Assembly (NCBI GenBank): GCA_035275345.1
Contig: DATEMY010000594.1
Coordinates: forward strand, 7,084-71,083
Source: Blastocatellia bacterium
GTDB lineage: Bacteria > Acidobacteriota > Blastocatellia > RBC074
Length of the DNA: 64,000 nt
Direction: 5' to 3'
Shown here: positions 44,734 through 53,269 of the stretch, piece by piece
How positions within the stretch are numbered: position 1 is the stretch's first letter
Layout: each line of letters starts with the position of its first letter
Notes under the pieces: generated by a model
What the model saw: the letters and a program-made list of their open reading frames with translations, nothing else
What the model was told of the DNA's origin: nothing
Databases searched by the model: none
Position numbers and translations under genes: made by a program

Positions 44734-47082
44734 GTGGGTCTTCGTGCAAGACCCGAACCTCTCATTAACCAGGGCGACGCCAGCGTTAGTCTCGATGGCG
44801 TCGATTTGACCAACGACGTGACAGGCGGAGCGCTTGCGGCCGCGCCGCTCGGCGCGCTTAAGGAGATGAGCGTCACCAGCTTCGGCGTCCAGGCGGACCA
44901 GGGACGCGTCTCCACTGCCACCATCCAACTTGCGACCAAAGCCGGAACACACGGGTGGCATGGAACGGCGTCGTTTTTCCGTCGCGGCGATCAATGGAGC
45001 GCGTTGCCCGCGACCTTTGAACGCAATGGGACTGTCCCTTCATTTGGCCGTTCGCAATCCGCAGGCGCGCTGGGCGGCCCAATATTCAAAGACCGCGCCT
45101 TCTGGTTCGGATCGTTTGAAAGTTTGCGACAGCATTCGCTGTTGCAGGCCGGAGAGCGCGACCTCGAAGCGCAAAGGATCCGAAACGGACTGAGCGCGAC
45201 TCCGTTGACGTCCACACTCGGACTGTTGCGAGCGGACATGGTTATTTCCGACCGTGACCGGCTGGAGATGCTCTACGCCGCCGAACGAAGCGATGGCGCC
45301 GATCTGCCGGCAATGCAGCGATCACTCGCATCCGCGTCGCAACGACAGCGCTTCGACGAGGAATTCAATCTAGGGGCGCTGGTTTACACGCGAACCATTT
45401 CGCCGACGCTCGTGGCGGATGCGCGCCTTGGCTTCAGCGGGTTGCGGGCCGCGAGCGCTGCGGCGACGAACGGACTGCAACTCAACTTTCCCGACTTACA
45501 GGCGGGCGCGCCTTTCCGAGCTCCGGCGCTGCCGCGCCACAATCGTACGCAACTGTCGGGCAATCTCATCAAGATCGCGGGAAGACACACGCTCAAATTC
45601 GGAGGCGAGATGCATCGGATTAGCGCCGAACAGGCGCTCGGCTTCGGTTCCGGTTCGATCGAATTCGTAGAGAACTTCGCGAGCGCTGACCGCAACGGCG
45701 ACGGGAGAGTCGACGACGACGATTTGCTCATCAGCGTCACGCTGCGCAAAGTCTCGTCGCAGGGGCGCAACGCTTATTTGCGGAACACGCATCTCGCCGC
45801 CTTCGCGCAAGACGATTGGCGCGTCCGCCCGAATCTAAGGCTCAACCTGGGCGCGCGATGGCAATTCGACACGAACGAGAAGAACCTGAGTGGTTACGCC
45901 AACATCAATCCGCTCATCCGCCATTTCCTGCGCGGCGAACGGACTCCTGACCGTAATAACTTCGCGCCGCACGCGGGCTTCGCGCGGTCTTTCGACAATG
46001 GACGGTTCGTCGCGCGCGGCGGTTATAACCTGCTTTTCGACCGCATCCCGCTGCAATACATCGCGCTCGAACAGACGCTCGACGGTCGCAATACGGTCAT
46101 TGCGGCGACCGGCGGCAAGGTCTGGCCGAACGCGCCGGGAATCAACATCCTGGACAACTCCTTGCAGAATCCGATGACGCAACAGGCGTTGTTGGAGCTG
46201 CAGTGGCTCCCCACAAACAACCTGATCGCGCGCGCGGGCTATCTGCACAGCTTCGGTTCCCACATCCTGTTGGGGCGCAGTCTCGGCGCGGTCTTCAATC
46301 CGCTGACCGGCGGACTCGACCGCGTGGTTAATCTCGAATCGAGTGGCAAATCGAAATACGACGCGTTGAACCTGAGCGTCGAGAAGCGGCTGTCGCAGCG
46401 ATGGCAATTGCTCGCCAACTACGCGTTCTCGAAGTCGTTCAATTACGCCAACGGCGACCAACTGCCGTTCTTTACCGGAATGGCCGACCCGAACAATCTG
46501 CGGCTCGAATACGGACCTTCGTCGTTCGACCGCAGGCATCGCTTCAGTATGAGCGGGCAGTACGAAATCCCGTTCGATATCCACGCCGCCGTCGTCTGGA
46601 CGATGGCTACAGGGACGCCGATGGATATTTTGCTGCCCGACGCGAGCGCCCGCCCGCCTTTTCTGCAGCGCAACGCCGGCGGACGACTCTTCCGCACGGC
46701 GGACGAACTCAACCGATTTATCACATCGCTCAACGATGCGGGCGGCGTGAATGGCGCGCCGCTACCTCTCGTCGGCGCCGGCGCGAAATTCAATGACAGT
46801 TTTCAGAGCTTCGATCTGCGGCTCACGAAAAGATTCCGGTTGCGTGGCGACGCCAGGTTTGAACTTGGCGGAGAGTTCTTCAATCTCTTCAACCAGACCA
46901 ACATTCTAGGATGGTCGAACTATTCCGGTTTTTCCAACGCGCTGGCGCGTGACAGCGCAAATGCAGGCGATCCGGGATTTCTAAAATCAACAGGCTTCGG
47001 CCGTCCACTTACCACAGCAGGCAGGCTCTTTACGGCCGGAGGTCCGCGCAGTTTTCAGTTCGTGGCGAAGTTCTCTTTTTGA
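44734..47082 (+). CDS. TonB-dependent receptor plug/beta-barrel portion lacking its own signal peptide (in frame with the upstream VIT-vWA ORF)
   Basis: The ORF is in the same frame as 42556-44721, separated only by a TGA (44719-44721) and 4 codons. Plug-like segments are SVSLDGVDLTND and IQLATKAGTHGWHGTASFFRRGDQW. Barrel repeats follow, and the protein ends FQFVAKFSF. The only available start is a GTG with no leader peptide. Confidence 0.7.
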   Translation: MGLRARPEPLINQGDASVSLDGVDLTNDVTGGALAAAPLGALKEMSVTSFGVQADQGRVSTATIQLATKAGTHGWHGTASFFRRGDQWSALPATFERNGTVPSFGRSQSAGALGGPIFKDRAFWFGSFESLRQHSLLQAGERDLEAQRIRNGLSATPLTSTLGLLRADMVISDRDRLEMLYAAERSDGADLPAMQRSLASASQRQRFDEEFNLGALVYTRTISPTLVADARLGFSGLRAASAAATNGLQLNFPDLQAGAPFRAPALPRHNRTQLSGNLIKIAGRHTLKFGGEMHRISAEQALGFGSGSIEFVENFASADRNGDGRVDDDDLLISVTLRKVSSQGRNAYLRNTHLAAFAQDDWRVRPNLRLNLGARWQFDTNEKNLSGYANINPLIRHFLRGERTPDRNNFAPHAGFARSFDNGRFVARGGYNLLFDRIPLQYIALEQTLDGRNTVIAATGGKVWPNAPGINILDNSLQNPMTQQALLELQWLPTNNLIARAGYLHSFGSHILLGRSLGAVFNPLTGGLDRVVNLESSGKSKYDALNLSVEKRLSQRWQLLANYAFSKSFNYANGDQLPFFTGMADPNNLRLEYGPSSFDRRHRFSMSGQYEIPFDIHAAVVWTMATGTPMDILLPDASARPPFLQRNAGGRLFRTADELNRFITSLNDAGGVNGAPLPLVGAGAKFNDSFQSFDLRLTKRFRLRGDARFELGGEFFNLFNQTNILGWSNYSGFSNALARDSANAGDPGFLKSTGFGRPLTTAGRLFTAGGPRSFQFVAKFSF

Positions 47083-47209
47083 ATCAGAGGCCGGATACGG
47101 CACGCCCTGCATACTCCAATCTGTGGAAACCTTCCGAGTTGGAGCATCGCGATCGCAAATCACTCCCCTTGAAGAAATCCTGTCCAGACTTTTTTTAGGT
47201 CGCTCCACC

Positions 47210-47368
47210 CTTAACCGTGGAGCCTAACTAATGAGGGAAAAGAGAGATTACGGAACAAACGGAAATAACGGAACAGACTGAAGATTTTCATTTTTTTCAG
47301 TCTGTTCCGTTATTTCCGTTTGTTCCGTAATCTCTCTTCGACCTGGTCTGACTCCCTCCACGGTTAAG
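47210..47368. repeat. Nested palindrome: perfect 42-43-bp stem with a 13-nt loop, flanked by an outer 13-bp inverted repeat
   Basis: Segment 47241-47282 (AGAGAGATTACGGAACAAACGGAAATAACGGAACAGACTGAA) is the exact reverse complement of 47296-47337. The arm contains three 9-nt units (CGGAAMAWA). The outer IR is CTTAACCGTGGAG (47210-47222) with CTCCACGGTTAAG (47356-47368). Confidence 0.9.
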
Positions 47369-47584
47369 CGTAGACTTACCCTTCCTTTGCTTGCGGACAT
47401 TTTGTATAAATTCGAAGAAATCGGGATGGATCGGAAAGCTCCCTTGCTTACGCGCACGCGGGTTCTTTGTCTAATTGGATCAATTTTGCCTGCTTTGATG
47501 TAAATGGACAGAGGTTCATTTGCGGGACTCGTGCGCCCGACAGTACAAGCGTCCGCGAAACAGACCAAAAAGGAGTGACTAGAC

Positions 47585-50584
47585 ATGACTCATCACGCGA
47601 CTCAACGCATGCTCAACGAAGCGCCGTCTCCGCTCCCCATCGTCGCCGCGCTTATTATGGCCCTTTTTGCCACGCTGCCGGCGCTTGCGCAGTCCGGCAA
47701 TCTCGCGCTGGGACGAAGCGTCACGCGTAGCTCGGATGTTTCGTCCGGCCGCGCGCCGAACGCCGTGGACGGAAATGTAGCCACGTTTTGGCAGCCGTTA
47801 ATGAGCGACCGGCAGGACGATTCCATGGTGTGGCTGACCGTCGATCTCGGCGGCGCCACAACGTTCAACGAGATCGTCCTTAACTTCCGCACCAATGTGG
47901 CGAACGTAAATGGCTTCCGCGCGCTTACCTCGAACGACAATGCGACCTGGCAGCCGGCCTTCTCGAAGTTCCGGCCGGACCAGACATTTGCGAACATCGA
48001 CAGGTCGTCGTTCCCGGACGTCACGGCTCGCTTTGCGCGCGTGGAGATTGTTCTGACCAATCCCACACCCAACTTTCAATTGAACGAGCTTGAGCTGTAC
48101 TCGTCGACGCCGTCGCTCTCGCGCGTGTTCTTCACAACCACCGACGGGCGCGCGCTCTCGCCGGCCGAAACGATCACCCTGTCCGTCGGAGCCTCGGCGC
48201 CGCTCACGCTACGAGGGCGGCTCACGAACGGCCAGGACATCACGCTGGAAAACGCGACTGTCACGATGACGAGCGCCAAGCCGGCGATTGCCTCCGTGGC
48301 CCCCACGGGCGCCGACGCCGCGATTGCGGCGATACTACAGGGCGTCGCTTTGATCACCGCCCGCGCGTCACTGGACGGCGTCAGCAGGGAAGTCACTCTC
48401 TGGATCGACAGCTTCGATCCGGCGATGGTCGTGGCCGATCTCACCCTGGCGCACACATCGATGGAGACCGCGATCGGCCGTCCGGCAGTGATCCCGGTCG
48501 GCTCGGCGTTTCCGTCGCTGAAGGCGCACGCCTACGAGAAGCTCGCGCTGACCGGCAGGCTGACGCGCTCGGCCCACACGGACGTCGACGGCGTCGACGT
48601 CGTGACGGCTCTGGAGCTGCCAACGACAATCATCTTGCCGGGAGTTCCAACAGAGATCGCCCTTCCGGGGACCGCCGATCAGCCGGGGCTATACCGGCTC
48701 AGCTTGTCGCTGCAGCGCTCGGGCCGGCCGGATGTCTACGACGCCTTCACTTTTAGCGTGCTCGATCCCGCGCAGACCCCACCCGGGCAGAGCCATATCG
48801 TGTTCGCCGGCCCGAGCGGCAGGCTCGGGTACGCGCCCGACTTCAAGGGTAATCGCCCGCTAGATTTCTCGAATGCCGGCTACGGCGGCGGGGGCGTCGC
48901 GCTGCCGAATGCGCAAGTACGGGTCGCCGTAACGCCAGACGAGGGAGACGACAGCGCGCGTATCCAGGCGGCGATCGACCAGGTGTCGGCGATGCCGCAG
49001 AATGCGGAGGGGATTCGCGGCGCCGTCCTGCTCAAGCGCGGCAGGTTCGAGGTGGGAACGACGCTCGTAATCCGCGCGAGCGGCGTTGTCCTCCGCGGCG
49101 AGGGCCGCGGCGAGGATGGAACGATCCTGTTCGCCACCGGCACGGCCAAGCGTAATGTGCTTGAAGTCGGCGGGCCGGCCGGCCGGCTGCTGCTGCCGGC
49201 GCGAACTCAGATCGCGGATCTTTACGCGCCGTCCGGCGCGCGCAGGCTGCGCCTCGAAGACGCGAGCGTCTTCAAGGTGGGTGATTCCGTGCTGGTCCGG
49301 CGCGTCGGCAACGATCGCTGGATCCACGCGATTGCGATGGATCAGATCGTGGAGGCCGACCAGGATGTGGTTCAGTTTACGCCGTTCAACCTCGATTTCG
49401 ATCGCATCATCACCGCGATCGACGGAAACACGATCACCCTCGATGCGCCGATTGCGAATGCGATTGAGAGTCGCTGGGGCGGGGGAGAAGTCATTCGCTA
49501 CGACGATCCTGATCGTATCGAGCACGTCGGCGTCGAACAGCTTCGCGTCGTCGTCGAATTTAATCCCGACGTGACGGCAGTGAACGACGGCGTTACCTAC
49601 TTCGCCGACGAGGACCATGCGGCGACATTCGTCGCGCTCGACAGCGTCAAAAACGCCTGGGTGCGCGAGGTGACGAGCCAACACCTGGAACATTCGCTGG
49701 CGAACGTGCTGCGCAACGCGAAGTGGGTGACGGTCCAGGACTGCGCCGCCATTGACATGGTTAGTCTGATCACCGGCAGCCGCCGCTATAACTTCAAGCT
49801 CGCCGGCCAGCTGACGCTCGTGCAGCGTAATCACGCCGAAACGGCCCGGCACGCGTATGTGGTCGATTCCCGCGTGCCGGGTCCGAACGTATTCCTCGAC
49901 AGCGACTCGATAAACGAGTTCGCCACGAGCGAACCGCATCACCGCTGGTCAGTCGGTGGCCTCTACGACAATATTGCGTCCGACATCGCCATGCAGGATC
50001 GCGCGTGGCTCGGTTCCGGACACGGCTGGGCGGGCGCGAACTACGTGGCCTGGAATACCAGAGGCGATCTTGTCGCGCAACAGCCGCCGACAGCCCAGAA
50101 TTACGCGATCGGCCACGTGGGACGCAAAGTGGCTGGCTTTGCGCCAAACTCCCAGGATCCGAGGCCGCGGCAGGATGGGTGGTGGGAATCGCTCGGCCAG
50201 AATGTCGAGCCACGCAGCCTGTATCTGCGGCAGCTCACCGACCGCCTCGGCGCGGACGCCGCGCAGCGCATCGAGCGAACGACGGTCGTCGTCGGCGCGC
50301 TGGACACGCCGCGAGTGGAGTCGGATCTGCCGCTGACGAAAGGGATCAAGGTCGATAATCACGCGCTGGCAGGCTTCTCGTCGACAGTTTTCGAATACAT
50401 TGTTACGCTGCCGGCGGGGACGACCAGAGTCCCCGAAGTTCGACCGCACGACAACCGGCATCGCTTCGAGACGCTGCCTGCGTCGCACGTGAACGGCAAG
50501 TCCACGCTCATCTTGTGGGACAAGCGGGACGCGTCGAAATCCGTGCGCTACACAATCCGGTTCGTGACGCCGGGATCCTTGTAG
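47585..50584 (+). CDS. Secreted multidomain carbohydrate-active-like protein (F5/8 type C discoidin, Big_2, pectate-lyase-fold beta-helix, cadherin-like C-terminal domain)
   Basis: An AAGGAG RBS precedes the start and the protein has a signal peptide. The discoidin segment is NLALGRSVTRSS...NAVDGNVATFWQP...VWLTVDLGG...ELELYS. The Ig-like region is ITLSVGASAPLTL...ASVAPTG. The beta-helix cap is DDSARIQAAIDQVSAM...GAVLLKRGRFEVGTTLVIRASGVVLRGEG. The C-terminal beta-sandwich segment is LTKGIKVDNHALAGFSSTVFEYIVTLPAGTTRV. Confidence 0.8.
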   Translation: MTHHATQRMLNEAPSPLPIVAALIMALFATLPALAQSGNLALGRSVTRSSDVSSGRAPNAVDGNVATFWQPLMSDRQDDSMVWLTVDLGGATTFNEIVLNFRTNVANVNGFRALTSNDNATWQPAFSKFRPDQTFANIDRSSFPDVTARFARVEIVLTNPTPNFQLNELELYSSTPSLSRVFFTTTDGRALSPAETITLSVGASAPLTLRGRLTNGQDITLENATVTMTSAKPAIASVAPTGADAAIAAILQGVALITARASLDGVSREVTLWIDSFDPAMVVADLTLAHTSMETAIGRPAVIPVGSAFPSLKAHAYEKLALTGRLTRSAHTDVDGVDVVTALELPTTIILPGVPTEIALPGTADQPGLYRLSLSLQRSGRPDVYDAFTFSVLDPAQTPPGQSHIVFAGPSGRLGYAPDFKGNRPLDFSNAGYGGGGVALPNAQVRVAVTPDEGDDSARIQAAIDQVSAMPQNAEGIRGAVLLKRGRFEVGTTLVIRASGVVLRGEGRGEDGTILFATGTAKRNVLEVGGPAGRLLLPARTQIADLYAPSGARRLRLEDASVFKVGDSVLVRRVGNDRWIHAIAMDQIVEADQDVVQFTPFNLDFDRIITAIDGNTITLDAPIANAIESRWGGGEVIRYDDPDRIEHVGVEQLRVVVEFNPDVTAVNDGVTYFADEDHAATFVALDSVKNAWVREVTSQHLEHSLANVLRNAKWVTVQDCAAIDMVSLITGSRRYNFKLAGQLTLVQRNHAETARHAYVVDSRVPGPNVFLDSDSINEFATSEPHHRWSVGGLYDNIASDIAMQDRAWLGSGHGWAGANYVAWNTRGDLVAQQPPTAQNYAIGHVGRKVAGFAPNSQDPRPRQDGWWESLGQNVEPRSLYLRQLTDRLGADAAQRIERTTVVVGALDTPRVESDLPLTKGIKVDNHALAGFSSTVFEYIVTLPAGTTRVPEVRPHDNRHRFETLPASHVNGKSTLILWDKRDASKSVRYTIRFVTPGSL

Positions 50585-50632
50585 TCGCCGCGTTCCGATT
50601 TCCGCTTTCAGCCTAGACCGATTTTCACACCA

Positions 50633-50752
50633 GTGTACGGGTTAATAGAACGCTGATGACGCGGATCAAACGGATGTTCGCGGATAACCCCCTAGAAAGA
50701 TCAGCGTAAATCCGCTTGATCCGCGTCATCAGCGTTCTATTAACCCATACAC
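50633..50752. repeat. Long palindrome (42-nt arms, 40/42 complementary, 36-nt loop)
   Basis: Segment 50633-50674 (GTGTACGGGTTAATAGAACGCTGATGACGCGGATCAAACGGA) pairs with 50711-50752 (TCCGCTTGATCCGCGTCATCAGCGTTCTATTAACCCATACAC). The element lies 49 nt downstream of the stop of the 999-aa gene. Confidence 0.9.
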
Positions 50753-50777
50753 GCAAATGATAACCGCTATAAAACCT

Positions 50778-50817
50778 GTGTCGCGCAGCGCGCCTACGTG
50801 TCGCGCAGCGCGCCTAC
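50778..50817. repeat. Perfect tandem 20-bp repeat x2
   Basis: GTGTCGCGCAGCGCGCCTAC occurs at 50778-50797 and again at 50798-50817. Confidence 0.85.
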
Positions 50818-51102
50818 GCTCTGATATTCAGCCTTCAATGGGAAGGAAAGACGTGTTGGCGCGCGCCGCCTGATAACTGCGCATGCAGGAGTCCGGGATT
50901 GAAGATCCGCTGATCGAGCCAGATCCTGAACCTCAGTCAGGTCGAAGCGTCAAGAACCGAAAATCTTGGTCAAATATAGAGACAATCTCCACTTCGAGCC
51001 TGGCCTGCCGCGCTCTAAGTGGTCCGGATGTTGCAATAATCGTCCTCAGGCAAGAAGAAAAATATAGTAAAGTATGAAAATATACCCAGAGTAATAAAGC
51101 CT

Positions 51103-52461
51103 ATGAGTTCGCCTGAAGCCATTCCCGAACGTCCAGCCAATGAAGGCGGCGCGACAGGACTCGCATTCATGCTGCGCGCTTTGGACCACCGAAACTATCG
51201 GTTGTTCTTCAGTGGACAGAGCATTTCGCTAATCGGCACTTGGATGACCCGGATCGCTACCAGCTGGCTGGTATATCGCTTGACGAACTCCTCGCTGCTG
51301 CTGGGCGTCGTCGGATTTGTTGGACAGTTTCCTTCTTTTCTCCTCGCCCCGGTCGCCGGCGTTCTGGTCGATCGCTGGAATCGGCATCGCTTGTTGATGG
51401 CGACGCAGGTGATGGCGATGGCGCAATCGTTCGCGCTGGCTGCATTAACTCTCACCGGCGTCGTCAAGATCTGGCAGGTGATCGCGCTCAGCGCCTTTCA
51501 GGGCGTGATCAACGCCTTCGATATGCCCGCGCGACAGGCTTTCGTGGTGGAGATGGTTGAGAAGCGGGAGGATTTATCGAATGCCATTGCGCTCAACTCC
51601 TCGATGGTGAACGCCGCGCGGTTGCTGGGCCCTTCGCTTGCAGGCGTTATCATCGCGGCGGTGGGAGAAGGGTGGTGCTTTATGCTGGACGGCGTCAGCT
51701 ACCTGGCCGTCATCGCCTCGCTTCTACTGATGACGCTCTCACGCGCGGTTGAGGAACATCTCGAAGAGGAAAACCTATTCCGACAATTCCGGGAAGGCTG
51801 GAACTACGTCGCCGGGTTTACTCCCATTCGAAACATGCTGTTGTTGCTGGCCCTGGTGAGCCTGGTCGGCATGCCATACACTATACTGATGCCGGTATTC
51901 GCCGACGAAATACTGGGCGGCGGCCCGTACACGTTGGGATGGTTGATGGCGGCTTCCGGCATGGGAGCTTTAATGGGCGCCCTGTTCCTGGCCGCGCGCA
52001 AGACAGTACTGGGGCTGGGAAAATTCATCCCGATGATGGCCGGGGCCTTCGGCGCGGGGTTGATCGCCTTCTCTTATTCCCGCGCGCTTTGGCTGTCCCT
52101 GTTGTTGATGGTCGTGACCGGATTGGGGTTCATGGTACAAATGGCTGTTAGCAACACCTTGTTGCAGACCATCGTCGAGGAAGACAAGCGCGGGCGCGTG
52201 ATGAGTTTTTACACCGCGGCTGTGATGGGAACCACGCCTTTCGGCAGTCTGCTGGCGGGCATAGCGGCGACCAAAATAGGGGCTCCGCACACGCTTTTGA
52301 TCAGCGGAATTTGTTGCATCGGGGGGGCGCTGTGGTTCGCCAAGACGCTCCCGGCCCTGCGTCGCGACGTCCGACCCATCTATATGAGAATGGGAATCCT
52401 GCCGCAAGTCGCGTCAGGCCTCCAAAAGACTTCTGAATTGACTGTTCCGCCGGAAACCTGA
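51103..52461 (+). CDS. MFS transporter (DHA3/EntS-like family)
   Basis: The 452-aa ORF has about 12 TM helices. Family hallmarks include NYRLFFSGQSISLIGTWMTRIATSWLVY and LAPVAGVLVDRWNRHRLL. Confidence 0.85.
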   Translation: MSSPEAIPERPANEGGATGLAFMLRALDHRNYRLFFSGQSISLIGTWMTRIATSWLVYRLTNSSLLLGVVGFVGQFPSFLLAPVAGVLVDRWNRHRLLMATQVMAMAQSFALAALTLTGVVKIWQVIALSAFQGVINAFDMPARQAFVVEMVEKREDLSNAIALNSSMVNAARLLGPSLAGVIIAAVGEGWCFMLDGVSYLAVIASLLLMTLSRAVEEHLEEENLFRQFREGWNYVAGFTPIRNMLLLLALVSLVGMPYTILMPVFADEILGGGPYTLGWLMAASGMGALMGALFLAARKTVLGLGKFIPMMAGAFGAGLIAFSYSRALWLSLLLMVVTGLGFMVQMAVSNTLLQTIVEEDKRGRVMSFYTAAVMGTTPFGSLLAGIAATKIGAPHTLLISGICCIGGALWFAKTLPALRRDVRPIYMRMGILPQVASGLQKTSELTVPPET

Positions 52462-52513
52462 AGAAAGCTTCTCGGTGGCTCTGGCGCCCACGTTTTCCGC
52501 AGGAGACGCGACT

Positions 52514-53218
52514 ATGAAATCAACTGTTGAGCAAATCCGGGAGCGCTTTGATCACGACGTCGAACGCTTCTCGAACTTAGAAACCGGACAATCTGCGACC
52601 GTGGACGCGCCACTCACCCTGGATCTGATCGCGAGCGTCGCGGCGGCTACCACTCCATTCGCGACTCATTTACTCGATATCGGATGCGGCGCCGGCAATT
52701 ACACGCTTAAAATTCTGCAGCGCATCCCTGATCTCAACATCATGCTCGTCGATCTGAGCAAGCCGATGCTCGACCGCGCTGTTGAGCGGGTGCGCCCGGT
52801 GACGAAGGGTGAGATCAAGATGGCCCAAGCCGACATTCGTGACCTTGACCTCGGCGAATCGCGGTTCGATATCATCGTCGCGGCAGCCGTGTTTCACCAC
52901 TTGCGAGACGACAGCGAGTGGTCGGGCGTCTTTCGTAAATGCCACCTCGCGCTGAGGCCGGGAGGGTCGATATGGATCTCTGATCTCGTTGCGCATCCGA
53001 ACCAGAAAGCGCAGGCAGTGATGTGGACGCGATACGGAGAATATCTCGAGCAATTACGCGGACCGGAATACCGCGAGCATGTGTTCGCCTACGTCGAGCA
53101 GGAGGACACGCCGCGTTCTGTGCTGTACCAGGTCGATCTGCTACGAGAGCTAGGCTTCCGGGAGGCGGAGATCCTGCACAAGAACGGTTGCTTCGCGGCC
53201 TTCGGCGCTATTAAGTGA
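52514..53218 (+). CDS. Class I SAM-dependent methyltransferase
   Basis: AGGAG lies 8 nt upstream of the ATG at 52514. Motif I is LLDIGCGAGNYTLKILQRIPDLNIMLVDLSKPML, followed by FDIIVAAAVFHHL. Confidence 0.8.
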   Translation: MKSTVEQIRERFDHDVERFSNLETGQSATVDAPLTLDLIASVAAATTPFATHLLDIGCGAGNYTLKILQRIPDLNIMLVDLSKPMLDRAVERVRPVTKGEIKMAQADIRDLDLGESRFDIIVAAAVFHHLRDDSEWSGVFRKCHLALRPGGSIWISDLVAHPNQKAQAVMWTRYGEYLEQLRGPEYREHVFAYVEQEDTPRSVLYQVDLLRELGFREAEILHKNGCFAAFGAIK

Positions 53219-53269
53219 TCAGCATACAAGGAGGGATTGAACGCGAACATTAAGAGACTCATCCCAATC

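Noticed and set aside
47248-47586. ORFs translated from palindromic repeats: 47248-47586(-) 112 aa, and 41361-41570(+) and 41413-41745(+) reading MADREMADRK.
   Set aside because: Their sequences are dominated by translation of the tandem or inverted repeat units. They lack an RBS and have no protein-like composition.
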